Shown piece after piece: positions 1 through 7,545 of a DNA stretch of 41,775 nucleotides (positions within the stretch are counted from its first letter, which is position 1; each line of letters opens with the position of its first letter). Source of the stretch: Escherichia phage C130_2. The translations under genes and the position numbers were made by a program. The notes under the pieces were generated by a model. The model was not told where the DNA came from and made no database searches. It saw nothing but the letters and a program-made list of their open reading frames with translations. The stretch lies in the sequence record MH363708, one strand, 5' to 3'.

Positions 1-285
1 TTTCATCGTCTTTGCCTCATTGTTTCGTGAATGTGTGGTGAGCGTACAACAAAGGGGCCGCAGCCGCAAGCCCCTTGATATCCTCCCAGCGAGGCTGGGC
101 TTAAATTGCCCTGTCGCTGCTCTTCGCCAGGTGTCCACCTTTGCCGATCCAGGCGCTGGCGCGCTGGTATTCGCTGGCGATCAACTCGTCGGTAACATAC
201 AGCCCGCCCCGATGATATGCCGCGTTAAACTCCGGCGATTCGTTGTAACCACGGCTCATAGCGTCTGCTATGGCTTCCAGCGCCT
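1..285. repeat. Terminal exact repeat, left copy (identical to 41491-41775)
   Basis: Bases 1-285 match 41491-41775 exactly on direct comparison. Consistent with a circular or circularly permuted genome written with an overlap, or with a short direct terminal repeat. Confidence 0.9.
54..99 (-). terminator. Tandem GC-rich hairpins downstream of gene 101-1222
   Basis: GGGGCCGCAGCCGCAAGCCCC (54-74) and CCCAGCGAGGCTGGG (85-99), followed on the minus strand by a U-rich stretch, then RBS and ATG of the next gene (copy at 41496). Confidence 0.4.
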
Positions 286-1222
286 CGCGTCGCTTCTGCT
301 GCTGGCCCGCCAGGTCTTGCGCTACTGTCTTCACGAATGCTTCGGCATCGGTTGGCTGGGTGCTGCCGTCGCTGCGTGGCGTCGCTGGGTCGCCTTTCAG
401 CACCCAATGCCCCTGCGTCACCTCAATTGCGTTGCCGGACTCGGTGAGCGCTTCCCACGCTTTGAGCGGCACGGCGTGCCCGTGGTTGATCTCCGTCACC
501 AGTGCGCGCGCCTGGCCCACGGTCTGCCCGATCTTCTCCAGACGTGCGGCAAGGTCGGCAATCGGTGGAGGCAGTACGCCACCAGCCAGCGCCAGCCCGT
601 GCAACGATTCGCGCAGGTTGGCTATTGCTTCGCCGTCCTCAACGCTAAACGGCACGCCCTCAAGCGCTTTGCAAAGGTCAAGCGCGCTGGTCGCCAGGTT
701 GCTAACCTGCTTGCGCCAGGTGTCGGCGTCCTGCTTGATCGTGGCGCGCAACTTTTCGTTTTCCTGCTCGGCGTCGGCTAACTGCTGGCAAAGCTGGGTG
801 TTAACATCGTTGATCGCCTTGATCGCCTTGTTCTCTCCCTGCTGGTAGCCCAGCACCTGATCGCGAAGTCTGACGATCTCCGCTTCGGATTCGCGCATAA
901 GGAACTGAAACACGGCTGGCGGCGTGCTCCACTGCCCAGCATTCTTGCGCATTGCCTCGCGTTGCTCGCTCTGCTCCAGTGCGGCGCGCAGTTGTTCGAT
1001 CCGGCTGTGCAACTCATGACTATTGCGCACCCAATCTGCATGACCAATCGCCACCAGCCCGCAGAACGTCACGCCAAACGTTAACAGCGCGCCGGTTGAA
1101 ATGAACGAGGCCGATTCGCCGCCCAAAACCCAGCCAGCCGCAGCCAGCGCCGTTGCCAGTGCCGAAACAATGAGCGCGTGACCTACTCCAAACAATTTGT
1201 TTACCATTGTGATTATTTCCAT
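101..1222 (-). CDS. Membrane protein with N-terminal transmembrane helices and long coiled-coil region, function unknown
   Basis: 373-aa ORF; two to three hydrophobic helices near the N-terminus, then heptad-like Q/E/L/R-rich sequence. Preceded by promoter-like site 1296-1345 and a 16-bp palindrome in the leader. An alternative start at 1207 is possible. Confidence 0.55.
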   Translation of the reverse strand: MEIITMVNKLFGVGHALIVSALATALAAAGWVLGGESASFISTGALLTFGVTFCGLVAIGHADWVRNSHELHSRIEQLRAALEQSEQREAMRKNAGQWSTPPAVFQFLMRESEAEIVRLRDQVLGYQQGENKAIKAINDVNTQLCQQLADAEQENEKLRATIKQDADTWRKQVSNLATSALDLCKALEGVPFSVEDGEAIANLRESLHGLALAGGVLPPPIADLAARLEKIGQTVGQARALVTEINHGHAVPLKAWEALTESGNAIEVTQGHWVLKGDPATPRSDGSTQPTDAEAFVKTVAQDLAGQQQKRREALEAIADAMSRGYNESPEFNAAYHRGGLYVTDELIASEYQRASAWIGKGGHLAKSSDRAI

Positions 1223-1295
1223 TGTTAACTATTGTGAATCGGTGAAGCTGGCACCGTCAGCCCAGCTTTACACCGCTGTAAATGCTCGCGTTACA

Positions 1296-1345
1296 CCTCA
1301 TATATTAATCGGGTATCAAAACCCACGTTTAACAAAAAGTGCTAT
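1296..1345 (-). promoter_or_regulatory. Promoter-like bipartite element (inverted-repeat motif plus TATA-rich element) for gene 101-1222
   Basis: Minus strand reads ATAGCACTTTTTGTTAAAC, then about 18 nt, then TTAATATATGAGG. Member of the recurring motif family (see findings). Confidence 0.45.
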
Positions 1346-1551
1346 TCGATTTCGTCGTAAGTGGCGAACAATGCACCGCTCATTTTCTTACTGGCCCAGC
1401 GGCCTTTGCTGAATACCACGGGGATCAGCATGTCGTTGTGTCGGATCTTCCCTCGCTCCGGTGTCTCAAGGTCAACCGTCAGCACCATGCCGCCGCGCAA
1501 TTTGTACTGGTGATAATACTTCTTATCCACAAAATTCACTTTTACACGCAT
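1342..1551 (-). CDS. Hypothetical small protein (69 aa)
   Basis: ATG at 1551 preceded by GGGAGG 9 nt upstream; the longer track ORF 1342-1689 has no better start. Confidence 0.45.
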   Translation of the reverse strand: MRVKVNFVDKKYYHQYKLRGGMVLTVDLETPERGKIRHNDMLIPVVFSKGRWASKKMSGALFATYDEIE

Positions 1552-1618
1552 CAATAAGCCCTCCCGCGTATACGTGAGCACGCAACAAGCAAGTGCGCGC
1601 TCTTCCCCTTCACCATCA

Positions 1619-1870
1619 TCATGACGCTTGCATGAATGCCAGAAGACCGGCAAACGCACTTTGCAGCGATTGCACAACCCCAGCATCAATGCGCCATGCC
1701 AGAACTACTGCGAGAAGCACAAAGCCGGATAGCATGAAAACGATGTGTACCGCATTCCACGCGCCGTACTTCTCAACCCAATACGTGTGCCACTCTTCGA
1801 ACCGGTTAAAGCGCTGTGGTTCGTCTGGTGGCTTCTGGTCACGCTTCGGGAACTGAATCACGTTTGTCAT
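1619..1870 (-). CDS. Small membrane protein (83 aa)
   Basis: ATG at 1870 with GAGGGG RBS; hydrophobic segment FMLSGFVLLAVVLAW. Confidence 0.5.
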   Translation of the reverse strand: MTNVIQFPKRDQKPPDEPQRFNRFEEWHTYWVEKYGAWNAVHIVFMLSGFVLLAVVLAWRIDAGVVQSLQSAFAGLLAFMQAS

Positions 1871-1925
1871 TTTGGTTTTTCCCCTCTGTCTATCCGCAGC
1901 CGCAACCGCAAGCGCTCGCTCAATA

Positions 1926-1943
1926 ACCCCGCAAGGGGTTTTG
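1926..1943. terminator. Hairpin CCCCGCAAGGGG with flanking T-run
   Basis: Perfect 4-bp GC stem with GCAA loop followed by TTTT on the plus strand; lies between the AT-rich region and gene 1619-1870. Confidence 0.35.
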
Positions 1944-1949
1944 ACTGCG

Positions 1950-2115
1950 AGTGATAGCGAGCTTGCGAGCGTTAGCGAGTAATCATACGTAGTATATTTA
2001 TATAGGTTTTTTGATTCTTGATAACTCTTTAACTATCAATGACTTACAATGATTATTATCAGAGGCTTTTTGATTCACGTAAGCCATTGAATTTAAAAGA
2101 GTAATCAGCCGTTTT
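1950..2115. other. Candidate replication origin: four GCGAG direct repeats followed by an AT-rich tract
   Basis: TGCGAG, TAGCGAG, TTGCGAG, TAGCGAG spaced about 9-10 bp apart (1955-1988), then about 120 bp of AT-rich DNA with repeated TTGATTC / ATCAATGA-like words, immediately downstream of the replication-protein gene. Confidence 0.35.
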
Positions 2116-2124
2116 TGCCCTGAA

Positions 2125-3666
2125 TCATTGTTCAGCGAGCGGAGGCATTGAGGCTTGTTTAGCCGTTAGCGTCGTGCCGCCGTTCAACTCGTCAAAGGCT
2201 CGGATATATTGCTTCTCGATCAGGGTGCGGATTGACCGCAGGATGTTTGACCGGTGCGCCCTCAACTTCTCTTCGCAGATCTTCGACAACTCGCTTTGCA
2301 ACGCCTTCCCGCCGCAGTAGTGGATCAGGATATCCAAAACCTTTTGTTCGGCGTTCGTCGGCTTCTGCTTGCCCTCGGCCCGCTCTTTCTTCTTCTCGCC
2401 CTCCAGGTGCGCTTTTAGCTCTTCTGCCAACTGCTCTTCGGTCACGATCTCGCACTGGTTGAAGTAGCCGCCACAATAGGCCGGATCGATAGGCCGCAGA
2501 CCGGCGAGCGGATTCTCTGGGGGGATTGCGTCGGCAAACTCTCGTTCGTACTTCTCACGCTGGGCGCGTTCAAATTCACCCTCGAAGATCGGCATACTGC
2601 GGCGAGTCAGTCGCAGGAGTTGGGCGATCCCCCCACCACGACGCTTGCCCGCAGCCATGATCACTTTTTCGCTGTCGGTCTTGTCCAGGGTCAGCGAAAA
2701 GGTTTTCCACACTGCGCCCTTTGCAGCACCGCCGCCGCGTGATTCAAGCACCAGTGACGCGGATCGCTCGGCTTCCTTCGATACGTGCGGCACAAAGATC
2801 CCGCAAGCACCCAGCGCCGTTGAAAAGCGCTGCCCGCAAAACGTCACATACTGCTGATCGTCGTTGCTGTTTTCGTCAAGGGCTTTGCCGTTGCGCTGGG
2901 CACTGGATAGGTGAAAACTCTTTGAGTCATAAACAACCATGCAGATCCGGCGATCACCTGCAAACTCTCTGATCTCGCTAATCTGACGTGATGCCGTTTC
3001 ACCCCATTTGGGGCGCGGCAGTTTGATGATCTGACCATCGCGCATGACTTCTTTTTGAATGTCCGTAAGGGCTGCGGGCTTATCGTAGATCAGGACGTGA
3101 TCCAGGATGTTAACGCCCCATTCAAGCTGCCATGCGGAAAGGCAGTTGATCACGGTTTCCGCGTCTTCGGTAAAGAATACGCTGATCCCCTTCTTTACGC
3201 GGAAGGCATCAAGAAACGGCCTTCCGGTTGCCACGCACGCTGCCAGCATCGAAAGCAAAGTTGTTTTGCCCACACCTGGCCCCGCGTTAATCTCGTTGAT
3301 CGTCTTCATGTTGAAGAGGTATTCAACAAAGGGCGTTGGCATTTCCGGCTTCGGGTTTTGGATGTACCCACGGATCACCGCTGGCGCTTCCGGTTTTTCC
3401 GGTGCCGGTTGCGGCTGATCCTGCTGCTGATCGTCCTCAACTTCGACGATCCGATCCAGGTGATCTGACAATTCACGATCAGACGGTGGCGGCGCATCAT
3501 GCCCCACGTATTCTGGCGGCAATTCAGGCATGTTGGCATCGTCCAGCACGCCCCAATTGTCCTGCGCTTGCTCGTCCTCTTCCACGTAATGCGGCGGCAC
3601 GTCTTCTGCGTCAATAGGCGCAAACGGGCGCAAATCTTTTTTAGGGTCGAACTTTTCACCAGCCAT
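2125..3666 (-). CDS. Replication protein with RecA-fold P-loop NTPase domain (helicase or initiator-like)
   Basis: 513 aa; acidic and proline-rich N-terminus, Walker A GPGVGKTT, Walker-B-like hydrophobic strand ending in D/E; AAGGAG RBS; adjacent origin-like region. Confidence 0.55.
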   Translation of the reverse strand: MAGEKFDPKKDLRPFAPIDAEDVPPHYVEEDEQAQDNWGVLDDANMPELPPEYVGHDAPPPSDRELSDHLDRIVEVEDDQQQDQPQPAPEKPEAPAVIRGYIQNPKPEMPTPFVEYLFNMKTINEINAGPGVGKTTLLSMLAACVATGRPFLDAFRVKKGISVFFTEDAETVINCLSAWQLEWGVNILDHVLIYDKPAALTDIQKEVMRDGQIIKLPRPKWGETASRQISEIREFAGDRRICMVVYDSKSFHLSSAQRNGKALDENSNDDQQYVTFCGQRFSTALGACGIFVPHVSKEAERSASLVLESRGGGAAKGAVWKTFSLTLDKTDSEKVIMAAGKRRGGGIAQLLRLTRRSMPIFEGEFERAQREKYEREFADAIPPENPLAGLRPIDPAYCGGYFNQCEIVTEEQLAEELKAHLEGEKKKERAEGKQKPTNAEQKVLDILIHYCGGKALQSELSKICEEKLRAHRSNILRSIRTLIEKQYIRAFDELNGGTTLTAKQASMPPLAEQ

Positions 3667-3698
3667 AAAACTTTACTCCTTAATGAATGTGCCCAGCC

Positions 3699-3727
3699 AT
3701 TATGCGCAGGAGTTATCAATAAATCAA
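3699..3727 (-). promoter_or_regulatory. Sigma70-like promoter for the replication-protein gene
   Basis: Minus strand TTGATT, 17 bp, CATAAT, about 30 nt upstream of the RBS AAGGAG and ATG at 3666. Confidence 0.4.
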
Positions 3728-3757
3728 ATCAAAAAATCAATTGATTCTGACAATCAG

Positions 3758-3806
3758 AAATAGCACTTTTTGCTAAAACAGATTAATACAGACCATATAT
3801 AGTTAA
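3758..3806 (+). promoter_or_regulatory. Promoter-like bipartite element (site A) for the plus-strand early block
   Basis: AAATAGCACTTTTTGCTAAAACA (3758-3780), 18-bp spacer, CATATATAGTT containing a TATAGT -10-like hexamer; inverted-repeat centre about 42 bp upstream of the predicted start site. Confidence 0.5.
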
Positions 3807-3836
3807 CCCATCGAAACGAACAACGAGGCAGACAAA

Positions 3837-4004
3837 ATGAACTTTCCAAAAATCACTTACACCGCCAGCCGTAGCAAAAAATTCATCACCATTGAGCACG
3901 CGCCAAAATACGGCGTAAGCACCAAAGTAACGCGCAACGTTACCGGCAAACGTGAAGCGCGTCAGATTGCAAATGAGCTGGGCGGCATCTGCTGGAACTT
4001 CTAA
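3837..4004 (+). CDS. Hypothetical small basic protein (55 aa)
   Basis: ATG at 3837 with GAGG RBS 9 nt upstream; below the track size cut-off, translated manually (MNFPKITYTASRSKKF...ICWNF). Followed by a GGCCCC-TTCG-GGGGCC hairpin. Confidence 0.4.
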   Translation: MNFPKITYTASRSKKFITIEHAPKYGVSTKVTRNVTGKREARQIANELGGICWNF

Positions 4005-4012
4005 CCAACCAC

Positions 4013-4028
4013 GGCCCCTTCGGGGGCC
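4013..4028 (+). other. GC-clamped UUCG-tetraloop hairpin within the operon
   Basis: GGCCCCTTCGGGGGCC; no U-tract follows, so it is more likely an RNA stability or processing element or a weak attenuator than a full terminator. Confidence 0.35.
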
Positions 4029-4049
4029 ATATCAACTGAGGCAAAGACC

Positions 4050-4739
4050 ATGCAAAACAAAAAAGTATTCGTTAAAGAGGATCGCTATCTGGTGATCAAG
4101 CGCGCTGACCTGGAAGCGGCAACCGCTGCGGGGCTGCTGTCAGTTGGTCAGATTGCGATCCTGAATAAGATCCTTTGCGAGTCCAGCCGGATCCGCAGCA
4201 ACCGTGGCGCACGCCCGCTGCACGGCCTGTTTGTTGAAAATGACTGGCCTGAATACGACGCCGTTTTAAAGATGATTGCAGACCGCGTGGAAGGCGTGGA
4301 CGGCGCTGATAAGCAGGGGCCGATCCTTTACTGCATCGTTGACGCTGACGGCTTGCCATTCATGCAGGAATACTGCGTTGATCTGGATGCAGCCGCATTG
4401 CAAAAAGAAGTGGACGCGATGAACGAGCAAGACGGGATCCCCCCAGGTGGTGACGGCTTCCGCGTCGTGCCCCTTGAGGTGTACACCATTTCAGGCGCGC
4501 AACAACGCTGGGCCTGGTCAACGATCTTTGATCGCTTCCTGCGCACATTCCCTGAGCAAATGAACGTGCCCAACCGCAACGCAACCACGATGATTGATGA
4601 TCTGCTGGGTGAGTACGGCGAGATCCGCGATAATGCCCAGGCGGTGATCGACGAACTCGAAGAGGCGGCGAGCCATTCACCGGACGCCCGCCCAGCGATC
4701 AACAACGCGATCAAACTTCTCCGGGGTCTGCACAAATAG
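4050..4739 (+). CDS. Hypothetical early protein (229 aa), acidic
   Basis: Long ORF with GAGG RBS; no recognisable motif. Confidence 0.6.
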   Translation: MQNKKVFVKEDRYLVIKRADLEAATAAGLLSVGQIAILNKILCESSRIRSNRGARPLHGLFVENDWPEYDAVLKMIADRVEGVDGADKQGPILYCIVDADGLPFMQEYCVDLDAAALQKEVDAMNEQDGIPPGGDGFRVVPLEVYTISGAQQRWAWSTIFDRFLRTFPEQMNVPNRNATTMIDDLLGEYGEIRDNAQAVIDELEEAASHSPDARPAINNAIKLLRGLHK

Positions 4740-4780
4740 CACTTTTTGTTAAAACGATGGGATAATTACTATATATACTT
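4736..4780 (+). promoter_or_regulatory. Promoter-like bipartite element (site B)
   Basis: ATAGCACTTTTTGTTAAAAC, 18 bp, TATATATACT (TATACT -10-like), upstream of gene 4812. Confidence 0.5.
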
Positions 4781-4811
4781 ATCCCATCACTTACGAATGA
4801 GGGCAAACAAA

Positions 4812-5042
4812 ATGGCACGTTCAACGATTCGCGTTACCAACGATCAGGGCTTCGGCGGTTACTATGGCAACCTGCGCAAGTGGGAAGGCGTGAAGGCACG
4901 CGATCTGGCATGGCGTGAAGAGTTGGGCGCACCGGAAGCGGCCCAGGATCCAGACTGGTGGATCGACGAAACCACAACGCGCGGCGAGTACAACGCCCGC
5001 ACCCGTGCCCACGCTGCCAAATGGCGTGACGATTGGGCGTAA
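4812..5042 (+). CDS. Hypothetical small protein (76 aa)
   Basis: ATG at 4812 with GAGGG RBS; followed by hairpin GGTGCCCTTCGGGGCACC (5051-5068). Confidence 0.5.
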   Translation: MARSTIRVTNDQGFGGYYGNLRKWEGVKARDLAWREELGAPEAAQDPDWWIDETTTRGEYNARTRAHAAKWRDDWA

Positions 5043-5083
5043 TCAAACGCGGTGCCCTTCGGGGCACCAATGCTGGGGGATGT

Positions 5084-5428
5084 ATGGAAAAAATCGTTTA
5101 TGTGCTCATGAAGCGCCGGAAATTCTCGCAGGTGTCGCGCAATACCGCAGTTTTCGACGCGAACGGCTGCGCCCTGATCGACAAAATGATCCTGAGCCAT
5201 GCCACGCCGAAGGGCTGGAAAATGAAGCCGGTGTGGTCTTGCCGTGGCGAGCCTACTTTCTACGCTGCCGATTCTTACATGGTGTTTGATACCATCAAGG
5301 ATGCCGCAGAACATCTGCGCAAAGAGCTTGGCGGGGCTTATGCTGCGCTGACTCTGCAAGCGAAGCTGATCGCGGAGTTGTGCGATCAGTGCGATGAAAT
5401 TTACATGAGTGCAAAGGAGCCTGATTAA
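5084..5428 (+). CDS. Hypothetical protein (114 aa)
   Basis: ATG at 5084 inside track ORF 5033-5428; RBS-like GGGGG upstream. Confidence 0.5.
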   Translation: MEKIVYVLMKRRKFSQVSRNTAVFDANGCALIDKMILSHATPKGWKMKPVWSCRGEPTFYAADSYMVFDTIKDAAEHLRKELGGAYAALTLQAKLIAELCDQCDEIYMSAKEPD

Positions 5429-5688
5429 TGGCAAAGGTCAGTCTTATTGGCAACGCGGGCACCGGCAAGAAAACTGCCGTTTATAGTGTGACGCTGGACG
5501 GGTCGCCCCGTGCCTATGTGGTGGCAGGGCGTGAAATTAAGTACATGAGCGAACGACGCGGAAAGGGCGGGCGTATGCTGCGCCGCTGGCTTCCGGTGGT
5601 TCAAACGGCATTGCGTCGCCAGATCTCGGACGCGGTGCGGGAATATCAGATCGAAGAGGTGCGAAAGAGTGAAGAGGCGCAACCCTGA
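5428..5688 (+). CDS. Hypothetical small basic protein (86 aa)
   Basis: TAATG stop-start overlap with the previous gene; AAGGAG 8 nt upstream. Confidence 0.5.
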   Translation: MAKVSLIGNAGTGKKTAVYSVTLDGSPRAYVVAGREIKYMSERRGKGGRMLRRWLPVVQTALRRQISDAVREYQIEEVRKSEEAQP

Positions 5689-5956
5689 TCCGCATTCGTA
5701 CTGGAACCGCCGCCCATACCTTTTGAACAAAAGAAAGTCGCACCCTGGCGCGGTGTTTTGCAGGGTGTCCAGCGTATGCCCTGAAATGAATAAGCGCGGG
5801 CGGTTGTTTAAGCGCTGGATCGCCGCTGGCAGGTTGTACACGATGCACGGGATCTGCCTTCTGAGCGCATCAGGCCGCGTGCCCCATCTGCGCGAAGCGA
5901 TGCAAGAAGGCCGGTTATTTCTCCGCACCGATAAGGGCGGCAAAAACTTATATTAA
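5669..5956 (+). CDS. Hypothetical basic protein (95 aa), GTG start
   Basis: Track ORF starts on GTG at 5669 and overlaps the upstream gene by 20 nt; GAGG upstream. Start uncertain (internal ATG at 5786). Confidence 0.3.
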   Translation: MKRRNPDPHSYWNRRPYLLNKRKSHPGAVFCRVSSVCPEMNKRGRLFKRWIAAGRLYTMHGICLLSASGRVPHLREAMQEGRLFLRTDKGGKNLY

Positions 5957-5974
5957 TCAGTAGGAGCAAAGAAA

Positions 5975-6673
5975 ATGCGTATCACAAAGGCAATGCAGGA
6001 AACAATTTTCGAAAACATTATTGCAGACAATCACCCGCTGCGCGTCCGTGCCGATAAGGTGCGCTGGAACGTCGCGCGCATGGTGGCAGATCTGGTGCTG
6101 GAAGCCCGCGCAAAAAATGGGTTTAAATCCGACGCGGAGATCGGCGCGTTAATTGAAGAGGTGAAGGATCTTAATAAGCGCGGCAAAGATTTTTTGAATG
6201 TCTCAAACTCGTTTAATAAATTCCGTCTGGAAGGTGAGGGGGAAGAAAAATATTATTACGATTATAACCTTTATTTCACGGTTGGCGGGCAGAAGCGCGA
6301 AGCCTCTTTCCTCGGTGAGTTGGACAAGGATCACCGTCTGCGCGCCGGTATCATAACCCCAGGCGTTGGGCATGAGGTGGCGCGGCCTTACCTGGGCATG
6401 TTCACACCAACCGGACGGATCAACGTTCCTGCGGATCATTGGGTCATGGCGCGCTTGCAGGAGTTGGAAAGCGAAGTTGCAGCCATTAACGGTGAGCACA
6501 TAACGTTAAAAAGCACCGTCTTTGCAACCCTGAATAAATTCACTACGGTTAAAAAGCTGGTGGCACACTGGCCCGAAGTGGAAAAATACATTCCGAAGGA
6601 TCAGCCGGTAACGGGCACCGGCATTGCGATCAGCGTCGCGGATCTTAATGCGATGTGCGGCATTCCAAAGTAA
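5975..6673 (+). CDS. Hypothetical protein (232 aa)
   Basis: ATG at 5975 with AGGAG RBS; followed by an intrinsic terminator. Confidence 0.6.
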   Translation: MRITKAMQETIFENIIADNHPLRVRADKVRWNVARMVADLVLEARAKNGFKSDAEIGALIEEVKDLNKRGKDFLNVSNSFNKFRLEGEGEEKYYYDYNLYFTVGGQKREASFLGELDKDHRLRAGIITPGVGHEVARPYLGMFTPTGRINVPADHWVMARLQELESEVAAINGEHITLKSTVFATLNKFTTVKKLVAHWPEVEKYIPKDQPVTGTGIAISVADLNAMCGIPK

Positions 6674-6691
6674 AAATTATGACCGTCACGA

Positions 6692-6716
6692 AACCGCCAT
6701 TTGTGGCGGTTTTTTA
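6692..6716 (+). terminator. Rho-independent terminator
   Basis: CCGCCA-TTTG-TGGCGG stem-loop followed by TTTTTTATTTT. Confidence 0.6.
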
Positions 6717-6761
6717 TTTTGTGCTACCCTCAAGCCGTGATCAACCAGTCGGATTGAGGAA

Positions 6762-7061
6762 ATGAATAAACTTTGGGCATGGTTAAAGACTCGCGGGAGT
6801 AAAGCCCGTATTGTGTTAATCGGTGGGTTGGTAGCCTTCACGGCTTACATTCACTTTTCGGCGGATCGACTGCGTGAGCGTTTAACGATCCTTTGGGGCA
6901 CTTTCACTGCGACGGCTGGCGCGCTTAGTCTTGGGGATGTGGCGATCATTGTCGGTATTCTCTGCACAATCGGATCACTCCTTATTAACTGGTATTACAA
7001 GGCGCGCGATGATAAGCGGAAAGAGGCCATTTTCCGTAAAGGCAGGATCATTGATGAATAG
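6762..7061 (+). CDS. Holin, class II / pinholin-like
   Basis: 99 aa, two hydrophobic helices, highly charged C-terminus ([16 protein letters not shown]) resembling the tail of phage 21 S pinholin; overlaps the endolysin start; GAGGA RBS. Confidence 0.6.
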   Translation: MNKLWAWLKTRGSKARIVLIGGLVAFTAYIHFSADRLRERLTILWGTFTATAGALSLGDVAIIVGILCTIGSLLINWYYKARDDKRKEAIFRKGRIIDE

Positions 7062-7545
7062 CAAATTGTTTACAAAATTCACGGCGGCACTTGGAGGCGG
7101 GGCGCTGGCTGTCGCCTTCGCTTTGCTGTCCGGTCAAAATGGGTTAGAGGGGCGTGAGTATATCCCTTATCAAGATATTGTGGGGGTCTGGACGGTCTGC
7201 GACGGTCACACCGGCCCCGATATCATCAAGGGCAAGCGGTACACGGATCGGGAGTGTGACGCGCTCACCAAAGCCGATTTAAAACGCATCGCCAGCCAGA
7301 TCGATCCCAATATCAAAGTTAAGTTGCCGGAAACCGTTCACGCGGCGATCTATACCTTCGCCTATAACGTGGGCGCGGGTGCCTTCAACAAGTCAACCAT
7401 GCTGCGCAAAATCAACGCCGGTGACACCATCGGCGCTTGCAATGAGTTGCAACGCTGGGTTTACGCTGGCGGCAAGAAGTGGAAGGGGTTGATCAACCGC
7501 CGTGAGGTTGAAACAACCGTTTGCAAATGGAGCCTTACCAAATGA
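7054..7545 (+). CDS. SAR endolysin (T4-lysozyme / GH24 family, phage 21 R-like)
   Basis: N-terminal signal-anchor-release segment ([18 protein letters not shown]), then [25 protein letters not shown]...[12 protein letters not shown], closely resembling phage 21 R lysozyme as recalled. Confidence 0.85.
   Translation: MNSKLFTKFTAALGGGALAVAFALLSGQNGLEGREYIPYQDIVGVWTVCDGHTGPDIIKGKRYTDRECDALTKADLKRIASQIDPNIKVKLPETVHAAIYTFAYNVGAGAFNKSTMLRKINAGDTIGACNELQRWVYAGGKKWKGLINRREVETTVCKWSLTK

Noticed and set aside
1-285. Treating the 285-bp end repeat as a genuine biological direct terminal repeat
   Set aside because: It includes coding sequence and the window starts exactly at a start codon, which favours an assembly overlap of a circular or permuted genome; left as an open question for read-terminus analysis.
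270-848. Long plus-strand ORFs lying inside minus-strand genes (for example 270-848, 12763-13524, 24510-25082, 26768-27448, 34879-35523)
   Set aside because: They are shadow ORFs on the opposite strand of well-supported genes in GC-rich DNA; they lack RBS and recognisable motifs and are often Arg/Ala/Pro-rich as expected for antisense frames.
3700-3760. DnaA-box-like words (TTATCAATA) and an imperfect inverted repeat TTGATT...AATCA in the divergent promoter region
   Set aside because: Best match to the DnaA box consensus is 7 of 9, and the inverted repeat arms are imperfect; not enough to call operator or DnaA sites.
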